Assembly (NCBI RefSeq): GCF_963921235.1
Contig: NC_086097.1
Coordinates: forward strand, 215,886,001-215,950,000
Length of the DNA: 64,000 nt
Direction of reading: 5' to 3'
Source: Mobula hypostoma
Taxonomy: Eukaryota
The notes under the pieces are model-generated. The model had not been told where the DNA came from and searched no databases. It was given only the letters and a program-made list of their open reading frames with translations. A program made the translations under genes and the position numbers. Below are positions 36,276 to 49,884 of the stretch, one piece after another (the stretch's first letter is position 1; each line of letters starts with the position of its first letter).

Positions 36276-37360
36276 AATTAGAGGTCTCTGGTAAGGACTA
36301 ATTCCTTTGGTTCCAACATTCTCTCACTGATGCTCAATATAAGCTCAAGGAATAGTCATCATTTCATCAACAGTCTTCATCTTCTGATGTGCTGCTTTAT
36401 ACACTTCTCCGCTTGGGTACCCATAGTTTTTCTTATTTATTGTAAGCAATGGCAGTAATTAATGAAAATTATAACAGAAATATTAAAGGACGACTTGCAA
36501 TTATTTACTGTACTGCTTTTCACCATATTAGGATCACCCAATGAACTTTTGGAAGTGTTATAATGATGTGATTAAAAATACAAGAGATAACTCATCCACA
36601 GCAAGGTGATGTTAAGGAGGTAATCTGTTGAAGGTATTTTGTGGAGCAGTAGGCATTAGTCTGGAAATTAAATTGAATTTCCTAGTTCTTTGTAATGTTA
36701 CTTCGAGGTTTTTTTTCATCCACCTGCCTTGACAGATGGATCTTGATTTAATCTCAAATAAAAGAAAGCAGTTCAGTCAATACAATGATGAATTCAGACT
36801 GAATTCTCAACTTATATCTCCCCATCACATTCTGTCTTGCAGGTAACAGTTATCCCAGTGACCCAATCAGAAAACAGTTAAAAGCCACTGTACTATAATG
36901 AATTAGAAATGAATTAATTGCAATATGCATTTTCAATCAATTCTCAATGTACTGAAAATACAAACGTTTGTAGCTATAATGTGATGAAAGACATGATTTA
37001 CAACAAAGTGATTCACTGCAATAAAATTCTTTGCCAGAGATGGATCAAAAAGTTTTTTCCTTTCAATAGTGAAAAGCCAAGTTCTCCATCAATACCACCA
37101 GAAAGGTAGAATATCATTTAAATGAGAACCAATATGAATAATGGATCTTGAAAGCCAAAAAAAAAACCTGCAAATGCTGGAAATCTAAAGTCAAAATTGA
37201 AAATATTGGAAAGAGCATCTGTGGAATGAGAAACAGTAGTTCTAGGCCCCTTTTTTGGAGCTGGGAAAGAAAGAAAACAAGTTAATTTTAAGTGACAGGA
37301 AATATGTTGGAAGAATAGGTTGATCAAAGGGCACATTTATGATAGGGTGAAAAAAATTAA

Positions 37361-40145
37361 AATCATAGAGCATAGAAGAGTACAGCACAATACAGGCCTT
37401 TTGGCCCACAACATTGTACCGACCATTTAAGCTACCCCAAGATCAATCTCACCCTTCCCTCCCAAAAAAAACTTCCATTTTTCTTCCATCCATGTGCCTA
37501 CGTATTTAAGAGTCTCTCAAATGTTCCTAAAATATCTGCCTCAACCACCTGGCAGCGAGTTCCATGTACTTACATCTCTCTCTCTCTCTCTCTCTGTAAA
37601 AATACTTACCTCTGACATTCCCCCATACTTTCCTTCCAACACCTTAAAGTTATGCTGAATTAGTCTTGTATTAGCCATTTTCACATTGGGGGAAAAGGTC
37701 TCCAGCTGTCCACTCATCTATGCCCCTCATCCTCTTGTGCATCTCTATCAAGTTACCTCTCATCTACCATCGATCCAAAGCAAAAATCCTTAGCTCGCTC
37801 AACCTATCCTCATATGACATGCTTTCTAATTCAGGCATCATCCTGGTAAATCTTTTGTGCACTCTCTTGAAAGCAATGCACCTGGACTGTTGCCACAAAC
37901 AACAAATTTCATGACGAATACCAGTGATAGTAAACCTGATTCTGATTTTATAGAGCTGCAACATTACACGCAGTTCTTGAACTTAATTGCCCCAACTAAT
38001 AAAGACTAACACCATATGCTTTCTTAAGCACCCTATCAATTTGCACTGCAATTTTGAGGGATTTATGGATGTGAACCCCAAGATACCCCTGTTCCCTCAC
38101 AGATAAGAATCCTGCCATAAACTCTGTATTCTGCCTTCAAATTCGACCCTCAGAAGTTAATCACTTCACACTTTTCGGGACTGAACTGCATCTACCACTT
38201 TTCAGCCCAGCTCAGCATCCTCTCAATGTCCCATTATAACCTTTGACAACTTGCCCCACTATTCATATCACCCCTGATCTTCATGTCAGCTGAAAACTTA
38301 CTAACCCACCCTTCTACTTCCTCATCCAAGTCAGTTATAAAAATCACAAAGAGTAAGGGTCCCAGAAAACATCACTAGTCACCAACCTCCAGGCAGAATA
38401 TTCTCCAGATACTACACACTCTACCTTCTGTGGGCAAACCAAATCTAAATCGATGCAGCAAAGTTCCCTCCATCCCAAGTCTCCAAACTTTTTGAATGAG
38501 CCTACCATGGTGAAACTTGTCAAATGTCTTACTAAAATCCATATATACCACATCCTCTGCTCTGCCTTCATCAATATTTTTTGTCACTTCCTCAAAGAAT
38601 TCAGTCAGACTTGTTAAGCGTGACCTTCCCCTCACAAAGCTATGCTGACCATCCCTAATCAGCTCCTCCAAATGTTCATAAATCTTGTCTACGAGTATCA
38701 AGGAGTGATGTTTCCAAAAGGCAGCGTCCAACATTAAGGACCACCATCACCCAGGTCATGCTTGTTCTCATTACTACCATCAGGAAGGAGGTACAGAAGT
38801 CTGAAGGTACACACTCAATGATTCAGGAACAGCATCTTCCCCTCTGCCATCCAGTTTCTGAATGGACATTGAACCCATGAACACTACCTCAATGCTTTTT
38901 TTATTTCTAGACAACAAATTTCATGACATATGCCAGTGATATTAAACCTGATTCTGATCCTCTCTAATAATTTGCCCACCACTGGTCTATAATTCTCAGG
39001 GTTATCTTTATTACCTTTCTTCAATAAAGGAATAATATTTTCCACCAATTGTCCGGCCCTCTTCCTTCGGCCAGTGAGGCAAAGATGATTGCCAAAGACA
39101 CGGCAATCTCAGCCCTCACTTCCCGTTGCAACGTGATGTATAATTTCTACAACCCCAGAGACTTATCTATCCTTATGTTCTTCAAAGCTTCCAGCACTTC
39201 CTCTTTCTTAATGTTGACATGTTCTAGCCTGTTTTATACTGTCCTGTCAAATGTCAAAGTCCTTCTCACTGGCAAATACTGAAGCAAAGTACTCATTAAG
39301 GACCTCTTATACCTCCTCTAATATTCTTTTTTTTTAGGTCCTACCCTCACTCATTTTCTCATTCTTTACATACATGTAGAATGCTTTGGGGTTTTCCTTA
39401 ATCTTACTTCCCAGCGTCTTCTCATGCCCCCTTTGAGCTCGCCTAAGTCCATTCTTCAGTTCCTTCCTAGCTACCTTGCAACTTTCTGATCCTTGCTTCC
39501 TAAACCTTAAGTAAGCTTCTTTCTTCCTGTTACCAGATGTTCTGCATTTCTTGTCAATCGTTGTTCCTTTACTCTACCATTATTTTCCTGTGTCAATGGA
39601 ACAAACCTATCCAAAACTGCATTCAAGTACTCCCTAAACAACCGCCACATTTTTGTTGTGCATTTCCCCAGCATGCACTCCCAAGTTCCTGCCTAATAGC
39701 ATCATAACATCCCAATTAAATGCTTTCCTATACCACCTGCTTCTACCCCTGTCCAAGGTTTTGGTAAAGTCAAGGAGTTGTGGCCACTGTCTCCAAAATG
39801 CTCTCACACCGAGAGATCTGTCACCTGACCAGATTTGTTGCCTAGTACCTGATCCAGTATGGCTTCTTCTCTATTCAGCCTATCTACTTACTGTGTCAGG
39901 AATCCTTCCTAGCCACACCTAACAATTTCCACCCATCTAACCTTTTGCACTGAGGACGTGCTAATCAATACTAAGGAAGTTAAAGTCACCTATTACTACA
40001 ACTCTGTTATTTTTGCATCTTTCCAAAATCTGCTTCCTGATCTGCACTGCAGTGTCTTTGTAGCTATTGTTGGGTCTATAGAATACTCCCAATAGTGATT
40101 GCTCCCTTTCTATTTCTTACTTCCACCCCAAAGACTCAGTAGACT
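37361..40145 (-). mobile_element. Decayed CR1 LINE with nested Rex1-like tails
   Basis: Encodes LIRDGQHSFVRGRSRLTSLTEFFEEVTKNIDEGRAEDVVYMDFSKTFDK. CR1 3' tail at 37361. Insertions at ~37875-37945 and ~38700-38958 end in aaacctgattctga. Confidence 0.88.
38700..38958 (+). mobile_element. Rex1/Babar-like LINE 3' end nested in CR1
   Basis: aaggcagcgtccaacattaaggaccaccatcacccaggtcatg...gatattaaacctgattctga. Confidence 0.75.
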
Positions 40146-40282
40146 ACAAATTTAAAAAAAAGTTGAGTGAAAATAATGACAGGCAGAAACAATTGCAACA
40201 TGCCCAAACAGAAGACGGGCTTTTGTTCCTCAAGCTTGCATTGGGCTTTGTGACAGTGCAGCGGCCACAGACAGGACAGTGT

Positions 40283-40470
40283 GCACACACAAAATGCTGG
40301 AGGAACTCAGTAGGTCAGGCAGCATCTATAGAATTGAATAAACAGTCAGCGTTTCAGGCTGAGAACTTCCTTCAGGACTGGAAAGGAAGGGGGAAGATGC
40401 CAGAATAAAAGGTGGAGAGAGGGAAAGGAGGAGCGCTAGAAGGTGATGGATGAAGCCAGGTAGGTAGGTG
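40283..40470 (-). mobile_element. Penelope pLTR fragment with hammerhead-like motif
   Basis: cacacacaaaatgctggaggaactcagtaggtcaggcagcatcta...gtttcaggctgagaacttccttcaggactgg. Confidence 0.75.
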
Positions 40471-40519
40471 TGTCTTGTCTTGTCCATACTGCACCAACCG
40501 CCACCGCTGGGCTATAAAC

Positions 40520-40633
40520 GTGCAGGAGCACTGTGTGGTTAAGTGCCTTGCTCAAGGACACAACACGCTGCCTCAGCTGAGGCTCGAACTTGCGACCTTC
40601 AGAACACTAGCCCAACGCCTTAACCACTGCGTG
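40520..40633 (-). mobile_element. tRNA-derived CORE-type SINE, 5' part
   Basis: Reverse complement of the head of the SINE at 45591 (gtggttaaggcgtt...gttcgagcc...ccttgagcaaggcacttaacc). Confidence 0.75.
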
Positions 40634-40800
40634 TTAGTATGATGGAGCATTAAGGTGTAGGAAATAGTGAGGCCAGGATAATTTCTATGGACCAAATGTC
40701 ATTGTGGAAACTGAATGCAGTGCTAATTTAGGAGAAGTGCATGTGAGTCACTTCTTCAACTGTAAAGACTGTCTGGGTCCTTTGATGGAAAATAAAGAGG

Positions 40801-41020
40801 TACAGGTTTGTGGATGCTAGGAATTTGAGCAACACAAACATGATGATAGAGGAGCTCAGCAGGTCAGGGAGGATATTAAACAATCGACATTTCAAACTGA
40901 GGCCCTTTATCAGGACTCATGATAAAGGGTCTTGATGAAGGGTTTCCGCCCAAAATGCCGACTCTTTATTCCCTTCCACAGAAGCTGCCTGGCATGCTGA
41001 GTTTCTTCAGCATTTTGTGC
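40801..41020. mobile_element. Short palindromic Penelope-derived insertion
   Basis: Inverted family tails around ~40915-40930 (ccctttatcaggac...tgataaagggtcttgatgaagggtttccgcccaaaatgccgact). Confidence 0.72.
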
Positions 41021-42237
41021 ATTGTGCAAGGAATAAATAATATTTCCTTGCGCCTATAGACATATAAGTTTCCAAGCAGACCACAGTATCTTGCTATATT
41101 CACTCTGTTAGTTAATCTTAATGTAAATAGATGGTAAAAGAAAAGTGGGTTGGGGAATAGCATCAATAGGCACCTTTTTCTGAGAGTACTCAGTATGTTA
41201 TTAAAAGCCAGCAGGGAACTCAATGGACTAAATGGCCTCTTCCAATGTTACACAAATTTAGAAGATAGCTGATTTAGTTTGCCACAATGCAGAGGGTTCT
41301 TAATAAATATAATGATCAGTTTAAACTCAAGGTGATTTGAAGATTTGCTTAAAATTGGGTTCCTCAAAGAGATGAATTGCAATTAACTAGGTTATATTAA
41401 TGCATTATATTTGTAACAACAAAATGGACAGACAAGGGAACAAACTAAGTTTGAGAGCAACAGAAGCAGCAATAATGACAATGGTTGCTTTGGAAATCAG
41501 CAGAGCATTAGTCTGGGTCAAACACATTTGGGAATCAAATAGAACCAGCACAATCATCATCAGCAGTGATCTGATGTTAAAATTGCTTCTCAAGTGCAAT
41601 CACAAAATGGTTCTCACTGTTCATTAGTGTTTAGCAAATAATTTTACATGGCAGAAATCTGTTAATAGTTTCTCACTGTGCTCACCCGATACTTAATAAT
41701 TTTCAAACTTCTCATGGACAACTTGAGGCTTAACACATTAAGAGTAAAGATTTTCTTTTACCTTGTTCTGACTGCATTTCATAACATCGACAAACAAACC
41801 AATTTTGTTAATGAAGAGGTAGCTCAGAGGTTTCATGAGCAAACACTAAACAGTAGTGGCACTCATGAAAAGAAATGTCAAACAACGGAAAGCTAGATTA
41901 ATGCGTTTACAGCAAATTCTGCAGGAACAATACCAAAATCTGAAATAGTTATTTTTATTTACTCATCTGTAACTTGGGAAATAAATGTTTTTGGTATTTA
42001 TGTCATCTTACCAGCATATTCATTAATCTTACCTGTTAGACTTAGAAAATTGGATGAAGGGAAATGAGAATTTGTGGCATATATTTCATATTTTAAAGAA
42101 CAAATTTATACCTTCAAGTTACTCAGTTGAATAACTGAAGGATGACCAATGCAAGTTAACTCTGGGAAATGTGAGGCATTGTCTTGCTGCAGTGTAACCT
42201 GGGGATAGTCCAATTTGTAGAAACTGCCTTATCACAT

Positions 42238-42393
42238 ACAAGAGAAAATCTGCAGATACTGGAAATCCAAGCAACACACACACAAATTGCACCAAGTCCT
42301 GATGAAGTATCTCCGCCCGAAACATCAACTGGTTACTCTTTTCCATAGACATTGCCTGTCCTGCTGAATTCTTCGAACATTTTGTATGTGTTG
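42238..42393 (+). mobile_element. 156-bp Penelope-derived insertion: inverted tail end, hammerhead motif, tail
   Basis: agtcctgatgaagtatctccgcccgaaacatcaact at ~42295-42330. 14-bp TSD ctgccttatcacat (42224-42237) / ctgccttaccacat (42394-42407). Confidence 0.82.
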
Positions 42394-44129
42394 CTGCCTT
42401 ACCACATCTTCAGGGTGTTCCCGAGCACAACATGATGAATACACTTCTTTTCAATTATAGTCCTTTTATGTATATGAGAGAGTTGGATTAGATCTATTGA
42501 ATGTTAAATTAATTTCATTGAGAATACATGTTGCAGTTCTTCAGTACTCTACTGAACCACTAGGGCAAACTATGGAGTGATGAATGGTGGTGGAACTCAA
42601 AGCTGAGTCACTGGTCTTTGGCCGACGTTTGATACTTCCAACACTCACCAATATCAAGCTGCATGGTAGTGAGCCAGTTTATTAAATCACAAGGGTTGCA
42701 TTGAAAGCATGGTGTCAATTCAGAGAAAACTCTGTGGGATCTGCTCACTGTTTTCGTTGCATTGTGGTCTGCAAAGAGTTGCCTTTAAAAGTTCTGATTT
42801 AGGAGACATAACTTCAACTCTTTCAGAACACTGCTGCTGGACGTCTAACTAAAACCACGCAGAAACAGCATATAATTCCTATGCTGCTTTAGTTTCCTGT
42901 ATCATTTAGAATTGATTTTAAAGATCTCCTACTTGCTTCTTTTTAAAGCTCTTAATTGTCTGGGACCAGAGTACATCACAGAATCATTTTTGTTTAATCC
43001 CATTGTAAAACACTTTGAATTGCAAAGTACTCTATAAATAAATTATTATTATTATTATATTTGGCTCAGAACTGCAGGTTGTAAATCTAGGTGGTGAGTT
43101 TTGGCAGTCTAAACTTGCTTGAAGGTAAGGTAATCCATAAGTAAATAATTCACAAAATGCATGGTTTATTATTCCTTCCCCTGAGGAAGGAATCTCTGAG
43201 GAGATGAGATTGAACAGAGCGCATGAAACTTACATTCATTGAAAATTCACTTGTTGCTTTTATTTGTACAGGCTTCTTTGTACCTTCATATGAGCTCAAT
43301 AAGAAGGGTATACGAATAGAACACAAAATCGAGTTCAGATCAGCACCGATAGTTAAGCCTTTTAAAGCACAGTTTAGCAAAACATAGGACAGCGAGGGCA
43401 CAGGTGTAAATTTAGAATGTAAAACTTTTAATTATGTAGGCAACAGGCGGAGTTTCTTTCTAAATATCGATGATGGAGTTAACCCTTTGCTGTTTATTGA
43501 AGATTAAAAGCTGCCACCTATTCACAAAACTTACAAAAGACATTTACACTACATTTCAAGCCTCCAAAAGTGCCCCATCATGTTGCAATGGTATTGTTTT
43601 CCTCAACTATAAGGCCATTATATTTCCCCTTCCAAGTCCTTCTTCTTAGTTTTCACTTGAGCATTATTTGTTCAACTCAAATTACTAGTTTTCCTAGTAA
43701 AACACAAAAAGATTCCAGAATCTGACTGCGATAAATAACATAGATGAACAGATTTATTAAAGTATGCGTATGTACAAGAAGATTAGAACCATCTAAGGCA
43801 CTTTTTACTGACAATGAGTTTTACAGATACTGTTTATTGACAACTTTTGCAGAGCATCATATTTTAAGAATCATTCACATGATTTAATGTGATTCTTACA
43901 TATAAAAGTGATTTCAAAGTATTACACACTGTTAATCTCTTACAGAAGTGAAGTAGATTACTGTACTTATATGCTTGTAAATACTTTTTACTTTGTTATT
44001 ACAACATAGTATAGTTATATACAGAAAATGTTTATGGAGGAAAAGAGTTTGTTTTTGTTTTGCATTATTCATCCTGTGCTTCACTGATTTTACTATCAGA
44101 AAAAATAGCGTGGAAAATATTACAGTGTT

Positions 44130-44452
44130 ATAGAGAGATACAGCATAGACGCAGACCCCACAGCTCAGAAGGCTTGTACCAACCATCAATCACCCAGTTA
44201 TAGCAGTTCTAATTCACACATATTGCATTCTTCCACACTCCTATCAACTCTCTGTGCCCTCCACCCCAAATTCTACTACCTATCCTGACAAAAAGAGAAA
44301 GTTACAGTTGCCCGTTAACCTGCCAACCAACATAACTTTGGGATGTTGGAGCAAACCAGGGCACTTTGAGCAAACCTACGCCAACAGACAAAACCTGAGG
44401 TCAGTGTTGAACCTGGGTTTCTGACTCTACTAGTTATGCTACTGTGGTGCCC
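44130..44452 (-). mobile_element. Decayed V-domain SINE with CR1-type tail
   Basis: aacctgggtt (B-box region) and ctttgggatgttggagcaaaccagggcac (V-domain reverse complement). Confidence 0.55.
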
Positions 44453-45590
44453 ATTTTAAGAAATAATGCCCATCACCGTAACAGATGATCTGATAAGGGT
44501 ATTTTGATCCATGAAGGGTATAGAAACAGAGGGTAGAGTGAAACCTCCCAATGGCAAAGTGATCAAAAAATGGACGATTAGCAAAGGATCCAAGAATGAT
44601 TTGAGAATTTTTTTAGGCACCCAGTAGAAAGGGTCTCTCCACAGCTTCTAGCTCATGATATCCTAACTCTGTGTACTATCTCTAACCTAAGACCCCAGTA
44701 AATCCAATGTTTCTGCCTGCTCTTGCCCCACTGTACTCATTTCTTCATACCCAGTCTCCATCCTGTCTTCTCTTGTCCTACTTACAACTAAGAAACCTGT
44801 GCCTGCCACCATTGTGATAACTTCCAATTCCTTGGTCCCAAATGGTTCATTTTAATAATGATGTCCATCTCCATCACTCATCGAGAAGTTCCTTGTTTCT
44901 TTTTTTAACCAAGACCCAAGCAGCTCCACTCCACTAACAAATGTTCTGCAGAATTTGTTTTTAACCTCATCTACATCTCTTTTGATTTTTCCCATTTTCT
45001 ACAATCAAATGAGCAGCCTTGGACACTCTCATGTATTTTTGCTGGCTTTATGGAATAGTCCATGTTCCAAGTCTATACTGGCAATTCCAACTATTTCTCT
45101 GCTATATTGATAACCAAATTGATTCTGCTCACTGAGGTGGAACTGATCAATTTCATCACCCTTCCACCCTGCACTCAAATTCATCTGGACCGTCTCTGAC
45201 AATTCATTTCTTTTTGTTTATTTCTCTATATTCATCTCAAGAGAAAGATTTACTACTGACATCTTCTATATAACCACAAACTCCTTCAGCTACCCCAGCT
45301 AACCTCTTCCCACCCTGCTTCCTGTAAGGATGTGTTCCCTTTTTCCTCAATTTGTCTCCACTGCATGAGGCCTTCTGGTCTAGGGTTAGGATGAATATTT
45401 ACCTACTTCCTGAAGGATGTCTTCCCTTCTAATGGAACCCTCACACACATTCAAAACATTTTCTAAATGCAATCTCTCATCCATCCTCTCCCTAGAGATT
45501 ATAGTGATAAAGTTCCCTTGGCTGTCACTTTCTTCTCACCAGCCTTTGCATCTAACATATCATCTTTTGCCATTTTTACTGGCTACAGTG

Positions 45591-45900
45591 TGGGCACGTG
45601 GCCAAGTGGTTAAGGCATTCGACTAGCGAGCTGAAGCTCGTGAGTTCAAGCCCCAGCCGAGGCAGCGTGTTGTGTCCTTGAGCAAGGCACTTAACCACAT
45701 AGTGCTCTGCGACGACACTGCTGCAAAGCTGTATTGGCCCTTGCCCTTCCATTGGACAACATCGGTGTCATGGAGAGGGGAGACTTGCAGCATGGGCAAC
45801 TTCCGGTCTTCCATACAACCTTGCCCAGGCTTGCACCCTGGAGAGCGAAGACTTTCCAGGTGCAGATCCATGGTCTTGCAAGACTAACGGATGCCTTAAA
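45591..45900 (+). mobile_element. tRNA-derived CORE-type SINE, full length (~310 bp)
   Basis: A-box TGGCCAAGTGG, B-box GAGTTCAAGCC, CORE-like gtccttgagcaaggcacttaacc and an RTE-like 3' end (gatccatggtcttgcaagac). Short tgtg duplication at the junctions. Confidence 0.8.
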
Positions 45901-45979
45901 TGTGATCCCACCACCAGTTCTCCCCTCTATCTGCTTTCCTGATCCCTTCCCACCCACACCTCCCCCATCCCTCCTGCAA

Positions 45980-48420
45980 CTGATTTCTGGGTCATTGAGA
46001 TCTCTGCTGGGGAATAAACAGGTTCACCCGGACCCAGACATGACCAATATCCTTGTGAATAGGTTTGCTAAAGCTGAGGCTGAGGCAGACAGTACACAAG
46101 TTGAGGCAGTATGTAGCAAGACTGTGAGGATGGACACACAGGGCAAAATTGCAGTCGGTGGGATAACTGTGGGCCAAATCAAAAAGGGTGATGAATACAG
46201 GACTGAAGGTGTTATATTTGAATGCACGCAGTATACAGAATAAAGTAGATGATCTTGTAGCGCAGTTAAAGATTGGCAGGCTCGATGCTGTGGGCATCAC
46301 TGAGACATGGCTGAACGAAGATCATAGTTAGGAGCTGAACATCCAAGGATATACATTGTATCAAAAGGACAGGCAGGTACGCGGTGGGTGGGGGTGGTGG
46401 CTCCGTTGGTACAAAATGAAATCAAATCCTTAAAAAGGGGTGACATAGGAGCTGAAGATGTAGAATCCTTGCAGGTAAAGTTAAGATGCTGCAGGGGTAA
46501 AAAGACCCTGATCAAGTTATATAAAAGCCCTCAGACAGTAGCCAGGATGTGGGACATATATTTCGATAGGAAATAGAAAAAGGTATTTAATTAGGGCAAA
46601 GGTATTTAATTAGTTAAGGGGATTTCAATATACAGTTAGATTGGGAGTAGCAGGTTGGAGCTGAATAACAAGAAAGGGAAATTGTAGAAAGCCTATCAGA
46701 TGGCTTTTTAGACCAACTTGTGGTTGAGCCCACAAGGGGAAAAGTAATTCCAGATTGGGTGTTTTATTATGAACCAGATTTGATTAGGGAGCTTAAGACA
46801 AGGGAATCCTTGGGAGACAGTAATTATAATATGATAGAATTCACCCTTCAGATTGAGAGGGGGAAGATAAAGTCAGATATATCAGTATTACAGTGGAGTA
46901 AAGGGATTTACAGAGGCATGAGAGAAGGGTTGGCCATAGTTGATTGGAAGGGCACACTAGCAGGGATGACGGCAGAACAGCAATGGCTAGAGTTTCCCAA
47001 AGGTGCCCACCCCCACCCTTGATTCTACCACCTATCTAGACAAATGAGGAAATTTACAGTGGCCCTTTAACATGCCATCCAACACATCTTTGGGACGTTG
47101 GAGGATTTTTTTGCTGGCTACAGTCTGATCCCACCACCTTGCAGGGGGATATTCAAAAAACATAGGATCGGTGTCAAAGATGAGGAAGTATTCTAAAGGG
47201 AAGATGAGGCAACCAGGGGTGACAAGAGAAGTCAAAGACAGCATTACAAGCAAAAGAAGAGGGCATATAATTCACAAAAATTAATGAGAAGTTCGAGGAT
47301 TGAGAAACTTTTAAAACAACACAAAAATAAAGAGTAAAAGAGAGTTGAGAATGGATAGAGTGGACTAGAACATAAGAGTAAGGATATGATGCTGAGGCTT
47401 TATAGGGCATTGGTCTGACTGCACTTAGAGTAATGTGAGCAGTTTTGGGCCTCTTATCTAGGAAAGCATGTGCTGGCATTGGAAAGGAAGTTCATGAGGA
47501 TGATTCTGGGAATAAAAGGGTTAACATATCAGGAATGTTTGATGGCTGTTGTTCTATTAGAAACATAGAAACATAGAAAATAGGTGCAGGAGCAGGCCAT
47601 TCGGCCCTTCGAGCCTGCACCGCCATTTATTATGATCATGGCTGATCATCCAACTCAGAACCCTGCACCAGCCTTCCCTCCATACCCCCTGATCCCCGTA
47701 GCCACAAGGGCCATATCTAACTCCCTCTTAAATATAGCCAATGAACCAGCCTCAACTGTTTCCTGTGGCAGAGAATTCCACAGATTCACCACTCTCTGTG
47801 TGAAGAAGTTTTTCCTAATCTCAGTCCTAAAAGGCTTCCCCTTTATCCTCAAACTGTGACCCCTCGTTCTGGACTTCCCCAACATCGGGAACAATCTTCC
47901 TGCATCTAGCCTGTCCAATCCCTTTAGGATTTTATAGGTTTCAATCAGATCCCCCCTCAATCTTCTAAATTCCAGCGAGTACAAGCCTAGTTCATCCAGT
48001 CTTTCTTCATATGAAAGTCCTGCCATCCCAGGAATCAATCTGGTGAACTGGAGTTTGGAAGAATAAGGAGGGATCTCATTGAAACCTTTCAAATACTGGA
48101 AGACCTGGACAGACTGGCTGTGCAGAGGATGTTTCCTATAGTGGGTGAGTCTGGGACAAGAGGGCACACTCAGAATAGGGGGATATCCATTTACAGCAGA
48201 GAGGAGAAGGAATTTCTTTAGCCAGAGGGTGGTGAATCTGTGGAATTCACTGCCATGGATGGCAGAGGTTGATAGGTTTTTGGCTAGTCAGAACGTCAAA
48301 GGTTATGGGGAGAAGGCAGGAGAATGGGGTTGAGAGGGATAATAAATCAGCCATGACGGAATGGCGGAGCAGACTCGATGGACTGAGTGGCCTAATTCTG
48401 CTCCCGTGTCTTATGGTCTA
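45980..48420 (+). mobile_element. Decayed, internally deleted CR1 LINE (ORF1 end, APE, RT 3' end)
   Basis: TNILVNRFAKA (end of the ORF1 esterase), gtgggcatcactgagacatggctg (VGITETWL), VEPTRGKVIPDWV, NFFSQRVVNLWNSLP; tail tcttatggtct. Confidence 0.88.
47558..48048 (-). mobile_element. Young CR1 3' end (same subfamily as 32907-35408) nested antisense in an older CR1
   Basis: Nearly identical to 32907-33390. The host reading ...gatggctgttgttcta|...|ctggagtttggaagaat resumes after it. Confidence 0.93.
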
Positions 48421-49884
48421 ACCGTAGGGAACCTAATGCCCCACAAGCCCTTCCATCTCCTCCTTCACCACTGTGCAAGGATCTAAACGAGGCTGAGGCT
48501 TACTTACACCTCTTCCAGCTGCTTTCGGTCCACATAATGTGGCCTTGTCTGCATTGGAGACAACACTAGACCAGGCAAATGTTTAACAGAGCACCTGAGC
48601 TCTGTCTGAAAGGGCATCTTGAGGTTCCAGTAGCACATCATTTTAACCACCTTTCCCACTCTCAGGTTGATCTGTTTGTCCTCACATTTTCCACGCAAAT
48701 TGGAAGAAAAACATCTCTCGAGTGGCTTATAACCTAATGATGTGATCATTGCATTTTCCTATCTTAATAACCCACACCCCTGTTATCACTTCCCACACAA
48801 GTCACCATCCACCTACATCTCTTTGTGTTCATCGTCTCTATCCTCTCCCCCTTTCTTGCCCCACTTGTTCCATTTACCTAATATTACCCTCCACCACCTC
48901 ATTCAGTTCCTTCCATCACCTCCCAGTCTCTGTCCCACTCACCTTCTCGTACTACTTTACACAGGCAATCTTTCCTCTTCACTCTAAGTCCTGACTGATG
49001 CAGGGTATCAATTCAAAATGTCCACCTACATCTTTTACCACCACAGAAGCTGCTTGACCTGCTGAGCTCCTCCACTGTTCTATTTTTGTTTGAGACTCGG
49101 GCATCTGCAGTCTCTAGTATGTTGATAATTACAATGTGCAATGCACTGCCAGGGATCCTAGCGATGGCAAAGTTAATCACAGTGCCCAGGAGGGAGCTGG
49201 ACAAATAATTGAAAGGGAAGAACTTTCATGGCTATGAGGAGAGGCCGGAAGTGGGACTAGAAGGATTAATTGTTTATCAAGACAACACAGGCTCAACGGA
49301 TCTCTTCTGTGCTTTAAACATTCAGTGGTTCTGACCATCTGATTGGAAATTCCATACCAACTCCATTCAACCTGTTCCCATTTTTACCTCTCTATCAAAC
49401 CTCAGCTTAAACTTCTCTGCTGTAACCACTTCCACATTTTCTCAGCTCCTCATCTACCGGAAGAGCATCCACACACAAATCTTTCTGCACCCTTTCTAAG
49501 ACTTTGACATCTTTCTTAAAGTGTGGCGTGCTTTGAGTTAAATTTAACTTAGATGGAAAATAAAAAATAATAGTGTGTAGATTCTGGAAATCTGAAATAA
49601 AAACAGAAAATGCTGGAAACTCAGCACACTAGAAATATTGATCCCATTTTTCTTTCCAGTTGCAATCTAACCTATTAAAGCTCTCATAACCTCTTCTACT
49701 GTCATTTCAGCTGTTTTTCTACCTTCAAAGATACACTACCTCGAATATCCCTGTCTCTGCATCAATTTAAAATTCAACTATTTAGAAAAGAAGCCAAGAT
49801 AATACCTCACAAATGGAGAGCATAAATCAGGCTTTTGAGTCTGCAAGGGTTTTTCCGTCTGTTAAAGCAATAATATAACACCTG

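Larger units (their letters stand above)
44690..49120 (+). mobile_element. Old Penelope-like element (RT, GIY-YIG and pLTR remnants) split by a SINE and CR1s
   Basis: Decayed RT region ~45000-45300 (ctatttctctgctatattgataac, resembling LFLRYIDD), GIY-YIG remnant ~48500-48740 (tgcattggagaca), pyrimidine-rich pLTR, and degenerate hammerhead/tail at ~48985-49115. Confidence 0.7.

Noticed and set aside
45591..45665. tRNA-like sequence with A and B boxes
   Set aside because: It continues into a CORE-like body and LINE-like tail and has a second diverged copy at ~40520-40633, so it is a SINE head and not a tRNA gene.
47655..48167. 170-aa ORF that looks like a novel chimeric gene
   Set aside because: Read-through from the antisense host CR1 into the nested CR1 3' end; no independent gene signals.
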